Positions 52,001 through 64,000 of a stretch of 64,000 bases of DNA are shown here, piece by piece (the stretch's first letter is position 1; every line of letters starts with the position of its first letter). The position numbers and the translations under genes are program-made. The stretch spans positions 310,001 through 374,000 of the forward strand of contig MU058449.1 in assembly GCA_013265495.1 (NCBI GenBank), read 5' to 3'. The stretch is from Vicugna vicugna (Eukaryota). Under the pieces are notes generated by a model that saw nothing but the letters and a program-made list of their open reading frames with translations, was not told where the DNA came from and ran no database searches.

Positions 52001-55000
52001 ACCTCAGTTAATATAAGAAATAGTATCATATTAAGAAAATCTTAGGAAACAGCAGAGAGCTGTAGCTAAGAATATGGCTTTGGAGTCTCACAGACTACGC
52101 AGCTACTATATTCTTTCAATCATCATCATCCAGTGCCAGCCTTTGGGCTAGGTTATGGTAATACCTAGTTGTGACATAGTTTCTAGACTGAGAAGAATTT
52201 AATCTTATGACAGAGATAAGCATTGTAATAATAATATATTTATGGATCTAATCCATGATGTGATAAGGTTTTTTTTCCTTTCAAAATATCCTTTAATATT
52301 TTATATTTTTTTCTACAATAAATGGGGGGAAAAGATAACTGTTAGGAAGGCCAAGATCCTCATTCTCAGTTTCAAGACTCTCACAGCCCTCTTTCTTCCC
52401 TGATTATCTTAGAGAGATCAACCCTCACAGTAAATAATCAGATCTTGAAATTCTTGATGCAAAATTACAATCAGCAAACAGAGCTTAAAGTGTGACTGTT
52501 CACTAGAGAACAGAGTAGTATGGATGGGAAGGAGTTAGAGATCAAAAATAAATGTTAAAAAAAAAACCAAAAACTTGTAAAGATGCAATGAGAGCAAAGA
52601 AAAATATCCTGCAAATTTCTGTCTGAAGTGATCAAGCAAAGAGCCATAGAGGAGATTACTTTTACCTAGACATTACACTGGAAACAGTGGTTTCCAAAGG
52701 GAAGTTAATAGAAGGGAGGGAGAGGAACACTGAAATCGAAGTATGTGAGAAAAAGCACAATTTCACAAAGAAGCATGTATTTGGGAAATAGAAGCTTAGT
52801 GTTACCCCATGGAGAATATAGAAAGAGTACCTGGTATAAAGTCTGAGGAAGATGGTTTATCTTGTTATCTAAAATGCAAGTCTTGTTATGCCATGCTTAG
52901 ATGGCTTATTGAAGCCACCTTTCCCATGGAATAATTACCAAACCACAATGCTTACTTTCTTGAATTGCTCTGTGTGAAATAATGTGCTAATTTGCTAGCA
53001 TGTATTAGTTAACTTCATCTTCCTATTAACTTTTCATTTTCTCCACTTTACATTTGAGAAAACTGGGAAACAATATATGGTCAGTATATATAACACAACT
53101 TAAGATTTATTATGGAGATAAATAATAGGGCATAGAAAGAGCCTGTGATGGGTGAAAATAATCAGATAGAAGGAAAAAAAAGAAAAAGAAAACAATTTAT
53201 ATCATTACATATGATAGCTGATAAATTTCAAGATTTATTGTACTTTATTTCTTCTGAGTCACATATAATAATTTCAAGTATTGTGTAAATGATCATTTAT
53301 AGAGCTCAGGTCTAACTGGGAAATTTTTCAAATGGCCCTGGGAATATTTCTGCTCAAATGGTAGTCAGTTGAACATGCTCTCCATTACCCCCAAAATACT
53401 GGATAATGTAAGTCATATTCCAGTTTAATGAGATACTTGATCAGACTTTGAAAATTACATTGAAGGAAACAGATTTCACTATTTGTAATCTCATTATTAT
53501 TAAGTTCAACAGATGCATCATACTAATTAATGAATAGTAAGTAGAGTACATTAAATGGATAAACACAATTTCTTAGGACAATGAAAAGAATTTTGTTATT
53601 GACCTACACTTATTTCAAAATTATATTTCAGTTGCTTCATTATAGATGTTAAATACCTTTCAAATCAGCAGACAATACTCATTAAATTCAGGGTGTGAAC
53701 ATTGATAAATACATAATAATAAAAATATATGATAATGATTATTTTAAGGTAGTATCTAAAATAATACACTATAGATTATCAAGTTTAAATGAAAAGGCAA
53801 AATGTTTAAGCATTTGCCTAAAATTGCTTTAATAAATATGACTTTAAACATTATAAAAATATCTGTAGGTTACATTTGACTATGAATTTCACATCTGTGA
53901 CAGGAAATACTGAATTTGGCATAATGAAAATAGTGTGAACTTTGCAGTCATGTAGAGTTGTGTTAGAATTCTGGTGTCTCAGCCATTCTTTCTGTGATGC
54001 CATTACATTGTCTGTGACACTTTGGGCTACTATTTTTTAATTGGTAAAATTGGAAAAGCAATATTTAGCTTGCATTGCTTTTCCAGCTACAAATTAACAT
54101 ATACAAAGTCTCCAGGACAATATATTTTTCATGTTAGGATCACTAATATTACTTTTCTTCCTTACTTCATATAAAAAAATGATATGAACTGAAATCACAC
54201 TTACAAGGTATAAATCAAAAGAGATACCAAGTACATGGATTGCTGTAGTGACTAATATGTTCTGACACAGCCAATGAAAGTTAACAGCAGAGCACTCTGG
54301 GGAATGTACAGAAGAGTTGAGATAGAAAACCAGAATTTTTGAAAATTAAGCTTAGTAGGTAAGTAGGTATGTCAGTCAGGAATGTTTCACTGAAAAGGAG
54401 AGGAATTAATGGAAGAATGTCTGTTAAACCTCAAGTTTTGTGAGGACTTCTATGCATAAGACAGATAAGTCCGTAGAGCTCTGTGGGAAAGGGCAGCACT
54501 GTCTCAGCTCCTCAGGGTAGGCACTGTGACAGTACTAGGAAGACGTGTAATGGATTGTCTAAGAAATGGGTAACCATACTTGAGAGTACTCAGACATTTG
54601 CCAGAAGGTTATATTTCGGAATGATGTTAAGAAGAAAGTTGAGCTAGATCAATTCTGAGATCTTTCCATTTATAATATCTGGTATTTCTATCAAAAGATA
54701 ATTTGGTCTTAAAGTTAAAAAAATTGTGAATTTAAAAAGTGGAATTGAATTTTATTGTACATAGATGGTTAACAAATTTGGGGGGTTTGTTTATTTTGTT
54801 TTTAACAAAAGTGTGAGATTCATGAGTTGATTCATAATTAGTATCTTGTGGCTTCTTGCAAAATATTTACTTTAGGAAAAGTGTAGCATTACCAAGTTTT
54901 TTTTCACTCTAAGTTATAACCTTGCATGTTTTCTAATGTGATGATGTTTTGGGGTCTTCCAGACTTGATTTTCACTTGTTGCCAAATTTGGCTGTGATGA

Positions 55001-55067
55001 TCTTGGCAGAAAACTTTTGCCATAAAAAGAAGGATTCCATCCACAAAAGAGAGATAGCAGCAGCACA

Positions 55068-56015
55068 ATGGGACCAGCCAATAAACCCCAGACATCTCCA
55101 AACACCTTCTTGCTGATGGGTATCCCCGGACTAGAGCACCTGCATGTCTGGATTGGGATTCCCTTCTGCTCCATGTACGTGGTGGCCCTGGTGGGGAACG
55201 TGACCATTCTGGCTGTGGTGAGGGCAGAGTGAAGCCTGCACGAGCCTATGTTCCTCTTTCTGTGCATGTTCTCAGTAACCGACCTGGTCCTCTCTACATC
55301 TACACTGCCCCGCATGCTCTGTCTCTTCTGGCTCGGAGCCCATGACATTGCCTTTGATGCCTGCCTGACCCAAATGTTCTTCATCCATAGTTTTACTGCT
55401 ATGGAATCAGGATTCTTTTTGGCCATGGCCATTGACTGTTTTGTGGCCATTTGTCATCCACTGCACCATACTACCATTTTCACCCATGCTCGCATTGCCA
55501 AAATGGGAGCTTCCGTGATACTCCGAGGGGTGGCCTTCTTTTCTCCACATCCCATCCTGCTCAAGCACCTGCCCTACTGCAGGAAACAGATCATTGCCCA
55601 CACCTATTGTAAGTTAATGGCTGTGGTGAAGCTGGCATGTGTGGACACGGGGTCCACCAAGCATTACAGCCTCAGTGTGGCCTCTGTCATCGGTTCCTGT
55701 GATGGCTTTTTAATCACTGTCTCTTATGTCCTAATCCTCCATGCAGTCTTTCGTCTTCCATCACGGGAAGCAAGTCTTAAAGCTCTAGGCACATGTGGCT
55801 CCCATGTCTGTGTCATCCTCGTTTTCTACACCACAGCTGTCTTTACCTTTCTCACTCACCGCTTTGGCCACAGTGTGGCCCTCCAAATTCATATCTTCAT
55901 TGCCAATATGTACCTTCTGGTACCACCTTTTCTTAACCCCATTGTTTATGGTATAAGGACCAAGAAAATTCGATACCATGTCCTTAGTTCTCTAAGGGTA
56001 AGGATTGCTTGGTGA
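55068..56015 (+). pseudogene. Class I OR52-family pseudogene (premature stop at codon 55), paralogue of 46277-47221
   Basis: ATG 55068 is in frame with ORF 55248-56015. TGA at 55230-55232 where the paralogue has CGA. Also DRY to DCF, CEFM to CKLM, and no N-terminal N-x-S/T sequon. Confidence 0.9.
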
Positions 56016-56993
56016 TGCTGAAATTGTCCGCACATATGGTATCAGAATAAGAAGGGAAGTATACAATTAATTGGTCCATTTGTCATAACTGACATGAAAT
56101 TTTCTCCCACTGAAATCAGACATTTTATCAGATTTTAATGGGGAAGAGTGACCACACATAATAGAATTTCCATTAGAATAGAATTCTAATGAAACTAGTA
56201 AGCTTAATATATTTTGTGTGCCTCTCAGTTTTAGGGAACTTACTTAGAATTTGATGAATTGAAAATGAACTCCTTTCTGCTCCCTGCTGCTACTGATCTG
56301 TGGTGTTCCTGGGGTAGTAATTTATTTTCAAATAGAGAGCAACTAAAAAAAGGAAGGGACCCGTGAGAACCTCAAAGAATTCCACATGAAGTATCTGCAA
56401 TTGAAAATTAATGATCCTTTTAAATATTCTATAGAAGAGGCAATATATCAGGATTAATATCCTCTGAATACAACAAATAATTGTGTTTTATTCATAAGAA
56501 TTGACACATTGGACAAGGTGTCAAATAGAAAAGTGGAAAAGTTCAACATTGCAAAAATCAAATCCACAGACTGCTAAATATTGTATTGCTTATAGAGTGT
56601 TCTCTCTCCACCAAGAATAACATCTGCTATTGTTTTGTTACCTGAACTAACATAGGGATCTCTTTAAACCTTCATCACAGAGTATCTTGAAAATAATCAC
56701 TTTATGCTTGATGTTATATACTTTGGAGTTTGCCCAGTGCATATTCAGGCCCACTGGGCTAGATTCACATATGCTGGTTTTTAGATGTCTCATGTCCTTA
56801 TTTAAGGAGGAAGTCTATTATTAAAAATAACTCAATTTAAATTTTTAGTGATTGTGCTACTGGTGACATTGAAAATGAAATCATTAAAAAGAATATAAAT
56901 ATTTTACTGGAAAAAAATGAATATTTCCTCCTTAAAAACCATGGCTGATTCCTTTACTTCTTGGCTTACATAAAATGGAAATTACTCTGGAGG

Positions 56994-57474
56994 TGTAACT
57001 GAGCAAGCCTTCCCAGAACAGACCCCTCCCCCACCCTCTACTTTAGCTCCTCTCTGAAGTACCTAGATAATAGTATCTGATGCACATTTCCTGAGTTGTT
57101 TTTCGGATGCTAAAACCTTCATCAAATGAAAGATGTTAACTACTTGCTGGCCTTGAGTACACAGCCCTTAAGCTTACTAGTGCCTAAGGATTAATAATGT
57201 TAACCCCTTACACTGCCTTGTTACCTCACCACCAACCACTCAGAGGATTGTGCATGAGCTGATCACATATCCTGGGGCTCCCCTTCTTCACCTTACCTTT
57301 TAAAATGTTTTGCTGAAAGTCACCAGGGAGTTTGGGCTTTTCAAGAATTAGCTGTCCCAGACTACTTGTATGGTGCCTTACAATAAATGATGCATTTTCC
57401 TTTACCACAACCCAGTGTCAGTAGACTGGCTTTACTGCATATAGGTGAGTGGACCCAAGTTTAGTTCTGTAACA
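56994..57474 (+). mobile_element. ERV1-type solo LTR
   Basis: TGTAAC...GTAACA termini, AATAAA at 57382, flanks GAGG/GAGA (4-bp TSD with one mismatch), 481 bp. Confidence 0.75.
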
Positions 57475-58199
57475 GAGATACTCAATAATACATGCTGAAC
57501 TTTATTGGGTTGATCTCTTTTTATGATTTATTATTTGTAAAGTATTACTTAATCTTTTTTCCTTTCTTACTATTTTCCTTCTTTTTAGTGTAGGAGCTTC
57601 TTAGACATTAATATCTGGGCTGCTTCTCTTTGTTCTTCTTTTAATTGTATTAAATACCATTGTTCAAGTTTTTATCATTTCCCAGTAGGGGTGTATCAAC
57701 AGTTTCCACTGATATGGTCAAGGCACCTTAGCTTTTCATTACTATGTGCAGTGCATTCTCTTTCTTGAGACCATAGTTATCCTCCTAAAAATTAAAACAA
57801 ACAAACAGAACTTTATTTTGTCAGAACCATAGAACCTCCAGGATGGCAAAGCAGAACTTTCTGAATTACCCTTTCTGCTGTCTCTCTCGTTGTTTTTATA
57901 CATCCCTTGCATTCTTTGTTCAATTCATTAAGATTTTTATCCTAAATCAACAATAATTCTCTTCATATCTTCATGTTTTTGCTTAGAATGTTTCTCTCTG
58001 ACTTATCCTCTTTCTTACCTGGAAATAACTTAGTTATGCTTCAAGATATAGATCCTATTTAAACTCCTTGCCCTTTTCAGAAAGATTAAGTTTATTTCCT
58101 TGAGTCAAACTAAACAAAAATTCTCTCTACCACTATTATAAAAAAATGAAATGATATATTGTAGTTAGCTTTTAATATGCCTTTGGTCAATTAACCTCT

Positions 58200-58470
58200 T
58201 GATATAGTTAGAGGTTAAATGCATTGAGTCTAGAGTGAGTGCCTGAGTTCATTATTCATCTCTGCCACTTGCTGTCTGGGTACTCAGGTACTTTGCTGAA
58301 GCTTTCTAGGTCTTGTTATCATAATAAAATGGGGGTCATAAGATTTCCTTCCTCATAGAGTTTGTTTTTTAAATTTTTTAAATTGAAGTACTCCATAGAG
58401 TTTTAAGGATTAAATGAGTGAAAGCATATAAGGCACTGATAATAGTATCTCACAGTAAGCTTTTAATAAA
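58200..58470. mobile_element. MIR SINE remnant
   Basis: CTCTGCCACTTGCTG..AAAATGGGG..CCTCATAGAG..AGGATTAAATGAG. Confidence 0.6.
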
Positions 58471-59349
58471 TAAACATTAGTTAACATTTAACGAATAAAC
58501 ATTATTGTAACAAGTATAATTTTTGTATATTGTGTGCCAGACTTTGTGAGACATATATATGTTGCATATACAGGTGTTTTCACACACACATACATAATTT
58601 AAATTATTTAATTATCACCGTATTCACCAGATTGTTAGTCTGATTGCACAAATGAGGAATTTAGACTTTGATTAAATAATTTTTTAACATCGCATGTTGA
58701 TAAAGTAGTGCAGTCTAGATTTAAAAAGACATGAAATTAGTTAATTCCATAGTTAAATACCATCCTTTATTTACTTTTTATGCCTAACACCTCTCAGTGT
58801 CCTATAAACATAAATGTTCAATGAATGCTTCTGAAGGAATGAATGAAGCTAATAAGGTGTTGAATTCACTTGTCATATATTTCAGAACTCCTGGTCATGT
58901 GATAATTATATTTAAGGAACCTGGATTAAAAACATAAGGATAGGTTTTAATGATCTTTTTTGTAAGGTAGTAGAGAGACGTGACAATGACAAAGGAATAG
59001 ATCTCTCCCAGGCTTAAGAGAAGAGAATTTCTAGGGAAATTTAATCTTTGAAACTATTTGCCATTATGTTGTGTGTTTCTTGAAGGTAAGTTGCCAAGTC
59101 TGTACCTTCAAACTGTATTTTTTTTCACTTTGGAGTATGATGAGTCATGAGATCTAATTAATATATATTTTTCTGACATGGATCATGCTTGTTTATATGC
59201 TAGGTTTGGAAATACAAACTAAGGAATTAGCTTTTACAGGTTATTTACCAATTGATCTCAAATTGGAAATGTTCAACAATAACAATGATCATGCAACTAA
59301 ATACTCAAAATCTCTGCATTAAATTCTAGTCAATATAGGGAAGATGTAT

Positions 59350-60190
59350 AGTTTATTCATATAGTCACATATTCAACAGAAATAAATTTATGGAGTAGCT
59401 AAAATGTGCTAGGTTGTGCTAGATTCTGAGAAGAGGTTAGTGAAAGATAAGTCCATGTGTCAGAGAGTTTACATTCTGGTTGAAGTGACATGACCTCAAC
59501 TGATGTTCAGCGCATAACTACATTGTTAAGCATTGTTAAGCAACTGATGTTCAAATGCATAACTACATCGGTTATTAAGCACTGCCAAGTAGAAACACAG
59601 ATTTCTATAAGGGCATGTAACATGGGGTTTTGATCTAGTCTAGGGGAACCAAGGAAAACTTCCTTTAAAATGGCATTTATTTGAGTGCTGAATGGGAGTT
59701 AACCAGCTGAGGAAAGAGAGAGGAGTCATGAAATGGGGGTAGTAGTATTACAGGAAGAGAAAACAGAATATGTGAACATGTATGGATCTTAAGATAGATC
59801 TTAAGATAGGCAGGCACATCATACATTTGAAGAGCTAAAGGAAGTCCATTTGTGGGCTGGAATACAGAGCATGGAATGAAGAGCCTGAGTAAGGCTAGGG
59901 TAGTAGGATACAAGGGTGGGTTAGGCATGCTAAGGATTCACAATTTTATCCTAAAAAGAAGAGAAAGACAATGAAAGTTTTATGCACAGGAATGACATAA
60001 TCAGGTTTGTGTTTTAAAAACACCATTGTGGCTGCAGTGAAGAAAATGAGTTGAGACAAAGAATGAATGGAAGGAATGGAGAAGACATTTTAGGAGGTTA
60101 TAAGTTTTCTAAGACAATATGATGATAACTTGATCCAGGTTGGTAGTAATTATGATGGAAAGAATTAAGTCAATTTGAGTACCCTGAATA
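59350..60190. mobile_element. L2 LINE remnant
   Basis: CATATTCAACAGAAATAAATTTATGGAG..GAGTTTACATTCTGGTT..GCATGCTAAGGA..TGACATAATCAGGTTTGTGTTTTAAAAA. Confidence 0.65.
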
Positions 60191-63100
60191 TACTTCAGGA
60201 TTTGGGACATGGCTTAATGAAAAGTTTGACAAGCTCACAGGTTTTATGTCTGTTGCTTACCCCTGCAATATGATTCTAAGCCTAGAGTCTAGAGTGGGTG
60301 ATTGATGAAGAGCCTTTATGTGTGTGTTTGTGTCTGTGTGTGTGTATGTATGTGTGGTGTGTACCTATTCATATAAAAATATTTGAAGACCTGCGGTTTG
60401 CCAGGCACTGGGGAAATAGTGAACAGAGCCCCAATCACAGTCTTCAGGATGTTTACGTTTGACTACTTCCTACAAAAAAATTCTTGCAATTTCTCCTTTA
60501 ATATTTATACTCAAGTTGAGCTTCTGACTTCTGCCAAGTCTTTCTGAAGCTTAGTCTATCCTAAAACTAGTATTGTGCAGTTTTTCTAGAGCTCATCTCT
60601 TGCTTTGACTTTAATGTCATTCTCTATTTTTCTTTTTACATATCTCATTTACCAAGCAGTAGTCTTAATTTAGTCAATTAATATTTTATTTACAGCATAG
60701 ATTTTTTGCCACCTTTTTGTGTATCCTTGTTGCATCTAGGAAATCAAAACTCATAATATCAGTTTTAAGTTTTGTTTATGGAGGCCCCAAGGTCACTGGA
60801 AATTGAAATGATTTAAACTGGAAATTAAAAATGATTGATTTTGAAGCAAACCATAGCAATTAGTATATAATTATGGCTGCAGTCAGCTCTGCCTTCTGTT
60901 GCTCCAGGTATTCTTTAATTTTTCTTCTAAATGACTCTCCAGTCTTCCTCCACTTCCTAGAGCTCCTAAACCATAACATACCACACCATATCCCACAACA
61001 CACCAGCAGTTAGTTTAGCAGTGCGCCTGAACAACTGTTCTTTTCCATCTGTGCTCTCCTCAGTCATTGGCTCTAGGATTTATTCCCCAGAATATCAAAG
61101 CTAAGTAATGGCCCTCTGTTAAAAGAGGCCACTAGGGACCCAGGAGGGCCAAAACAAACCAGCATAAATCTGCCTCCAGCTCAGACACTCCGTCTTACTC
61201 TGAACATCCGCAGATCTTCACCATATCTCAAGTAGACAGTTGCTTTGCTGGTCCTAGCATCGCTATCACTGGACTCACAACCATCTACAGGTATTATACT
61301 AAGAAAAGGGAGAAAAAGAGGGAGGGAAAAGAGTACAAAATCCTGAGGCACAAAGAGTCATGTATCTCAAATCTTTTCATCAGTATGTCACAGTCACCAA
61401 CCCTTGTAAGATAATGGTTGGGGTCTGTAGTCTTTAGAATGCTCTATGACATTCTTTAGCAAATAGTAAGTAATATCTTTCTCATTTTTATACCTTAGCA
61501 GATACTGTCTTTACTCATAATTAATATTGATATAGTTGTTGCTGACAACTGTTCCTAATAGCTCAGACAAAACTTTACCATGTTGCTTAATGCTCTAATA
61601 AAATCCTAAGGCTGCCACCACATGGAGAATTTTTTTATTTACAGTATTTGTGATAGATTCATTCAGATTCTACCAGAAAACTCCCACTGATAGTGAGCTT
61701 CTGGTTTCCCAGGGCTGTCTTTTCTGTTTGAGTTTGTGGTAGGATTCTTTCCCCTATTGAACTAAAATGCACCTTTAAAATTTTTTTAACATTCTTTTTA
61801 TTTTGATCAGGTATCTATCTCTGGTAACACTAAATATTTTTTTACTTATAGCATGTAATGAATCAAAAAAAAATGTCATGATAAAATTACCAAGATCATC
61901 AAATATTTCTTCTTATGGTATCAACTCAAGACTAGCTTTTATCCTTGTTATTATTTTTTCCAAGAAAAACACAAAAAGAACATAATTTTTGCCTATCTCA
62001 CTTAAACTTTGTACTTGATTGAAAAAGAAGAAAATTTGCATTTCTAGAGCACCAAAACATTCAAAGAATTATGCCAGGAAAATTGCACGTTTTATACAGT
62101 GTTAGAATTTAATGATGGATTTAATCCTTACTGTAAGTTTTGCAAGGTAAACCTCATCCCAATTTTGAAGTGAAAAAATGAGCTCAGTGCCTTAAAGAAC
62201 TTGGTTAAGTCACATAAAATAAGAAACAGGACTGAGATTATAATCCAGTCATGTAGTTATCTAAAAGACCTTGTTATTTTTACTATACCAAGTTGCCTTC
62301 TAGGAGACCTGCCTGTCATTCAGCTCTGGTGTGCCTTTTACCAAAAGCGGTTGATATATGAAATACTTAGATCTGTAAAACTCAATTTATAATGTATAAA
62401 TGCTACAATGTATTTTGGCAAATATACAACTCTATTCTGTTATCTTAAGTATTCAGAGTAAATCTACAAAAAGACAAATAATCCAACTTCATCAACTGAA
62501 ACAAAAAAGGACATGATATTAATATTACTGTACTTTTATTTTTAAAGCAACTTTGTGTTTATGTTTTTTATCCCTTTATTTTAAGCTTTCATTGAAACTC
62601 CTGCTTTTCTGTGATTCTATTTTATAAATATTATATAATTGGAATATTTCTAATAAAATGTGAAGTCTAACCTGAATAGTAAATTTTAGTATTGTATGCT
62701 CTTTAACCTATAGCTGTCATCAAATAATTTGTAAATTTGTATTTCTATTCAGAATAGTTCTGTAAGTTAAAATATTTAACAAACACAATAGTCTTATTTA
62801 TATAGGAATATATTTTATCATTAACCTCTAAATTATGTTCCCCATACAAAAACACATAAATACCCATATATGCAGAAGACTATTACTTTACTTTTATCCA
62901 TTTCCCAACCACACTTTATTGAATAATCTGGAACTTTAATACTAAATTATTATCTGTTGAGGCATTTTTGGATTCTACCTTTGTTATCCAAAATATCAGT
63001 TATTTTTCCAGAATACCATCATACTTTTCATATATGATTAACAGATTTCCTAGGTTATTTGTCAAAATCAACATTCCAGAGAAAAATCCCAAAGCACCAA

Positions 63101-63485
63101 GGCCAATCTCAAGAACTGAGGACCCTGGGATGATGAAATTCAGCTTCCTCATCTTGAGTGAAAACCATGCTTTCTATTTGTCCCCCACCTCAATCCTGTA
63201 ATGTTGTAAATTTTGGGTTTCCTGCCAGGTCCTGCCCTCTGGGAAAAAAATCAACAGCATTGCATACTTTGAATATTAAACAGGCTCAGGGCCACAGGAG
63301 AATCTAAACAATGGAGATAATATGTCTTTTTTGAGAATTTACCCCTGAGACTGCTTCTCTTTCCTGCAGCGAGAATAACCCTAGGGTTATCTCCCTTCTT
63401 ATCCCCATTAGCTGCAGCATTTATCTGATCACTACTTGATAAAGTGTAATTGTAATTATCACCATAAACTACTATAATACCCAGC

Positions 63486-63956
63486 TTTTTTTAAGTTTAT
63501 AATCATTTTATTTTTTTAAATTTTTTAACATTTTTTAACATTTTTTATTGATTTATAATCATTTTACAATGTTGTGTCAAATTACAGTGTAGAGCACAGT
63601 TTTTCAATTGCCTGAGCATATATGTATTCATTGTCACATTTTTTTCTCTGTGAGCTACCGTAAGATCTTGTATATATTTCCCTGTACTATACAGTATAAT
63701 CTTGTTTATCTATTCTACAATTTTGAAATCCCAGTCTATCTCTTCCCACCCCCCACCCCCTTGGCAACCACAAGTCTGTATTCTATGCCTATGAGTCTAT
63801 TTCTGTTCTGTATTTATGCTTTTTTTTTTTTTNNNNNNNNNNNNNNNNNNNNNNNNNNNNNNATATTGTATTTTTCTTCTCTTTCTGGCTTACTTCACTT
63901 AGAATGACATTCTCCAGGAGCATCCATGTTGCTGCAAATGGCATTATGTTGTCGAT
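63486..63956 (-). mobile_element. Young 5'-truncated L1 3' end (camelid-like) with TSD
   Basis: T-rich tail at left. CCCCTTGGCAACCACAAGTCTG and TGGCTTACTTCACTTAGAATGACATTCTCCAGGAGCATCCATGTTGCTGCAAATGGC. TSD ATACCCAGC at 63477-63485 and 63957-63965. Confidence 0.85.
63833..63862. other. Assembly gap (30 N)
   Basis: Run of N following a poly-T inside the L1. Confidence 1.
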
Positions 63957-64000
63957 ATACCCAGCATTTTAGATTCAAATGATGCAGTAATTTCAAAATG

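Noticed and set aside
55230..55232. In-frame TGA as selenocysteine or programmed readthrough
   Set aside because: The paralogue has CGA, so a simple CpG transition explains it. Other inactivating changes co-occur and no SECIS-like element was evident.
54914..55450. 178-aa minus-strand ORF, with a similar ORF at 46297-46593
   Set aside because: Antisense shadows of the OR coding sequences; their similarity just reflects OR paralogy.
55248..56015. 255-aa OR ORF as a functional gene
   Set aside because: Lacks the N-terminus and TM1, follows an in-frame TGA at 55230, and has a broken DRY motif.
56171..56191. Inverted repeat CATTAGAAT-aga-ATTCTAATG downstream of the OR pseudogene
   Set aside because: A 9-bp AT-rich stem is likely by chance; no other support.
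59497..59585. CAACTGATGTTCA..GCATAACTACAT repeated with a short spacer (superficially CRISPR-like)
   Set aside because: Only two copies, inside an L2 remnant in a mammalian genome; a local slippage duplication.

Overview
AT-rich mammalian genomic DNA from a class I olfactory receptor (OR51/OR52) cluster. A young L1 3' end at ~63.5-64 kb resembles camelid L1s, so a camel/alpaca-type genome is likely (recalled, not verified). There are four full-length single-exon OR ORFs (5480-6424 +, 20279-21226 -, 33943-34881 -, 46277-47221 +), one full-length nonsense pseudogene (55068-56015 +) and one decayed OR fragment absent from the ORF track (48702-~49035 +). The intergenic DNA holds old L1, L2, MIR, Tigger/MER2, MLT1 and ERV remnants. 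The most unusual element is a ~1.9-kb CpG-island promoter/first-exon/intron block (11402-13308). It is inserted into a dead ERV-L pol region at a TT/AAAA site, has a 14-bp target-site duplication, shows no sign of splicing and has no poly(A) tail, i.e. apparently a housekeeping-type promoter moved into an OR cluster. Other notable items are a tailed 3'UTR-like retrocopy inside an L1, a probable gene-conversion tract between two OR52 paralogues, and altered carboxylate-pocket residues in several ORs. Everything was read by eye; repeat boundaries and subfamily names are approximate.
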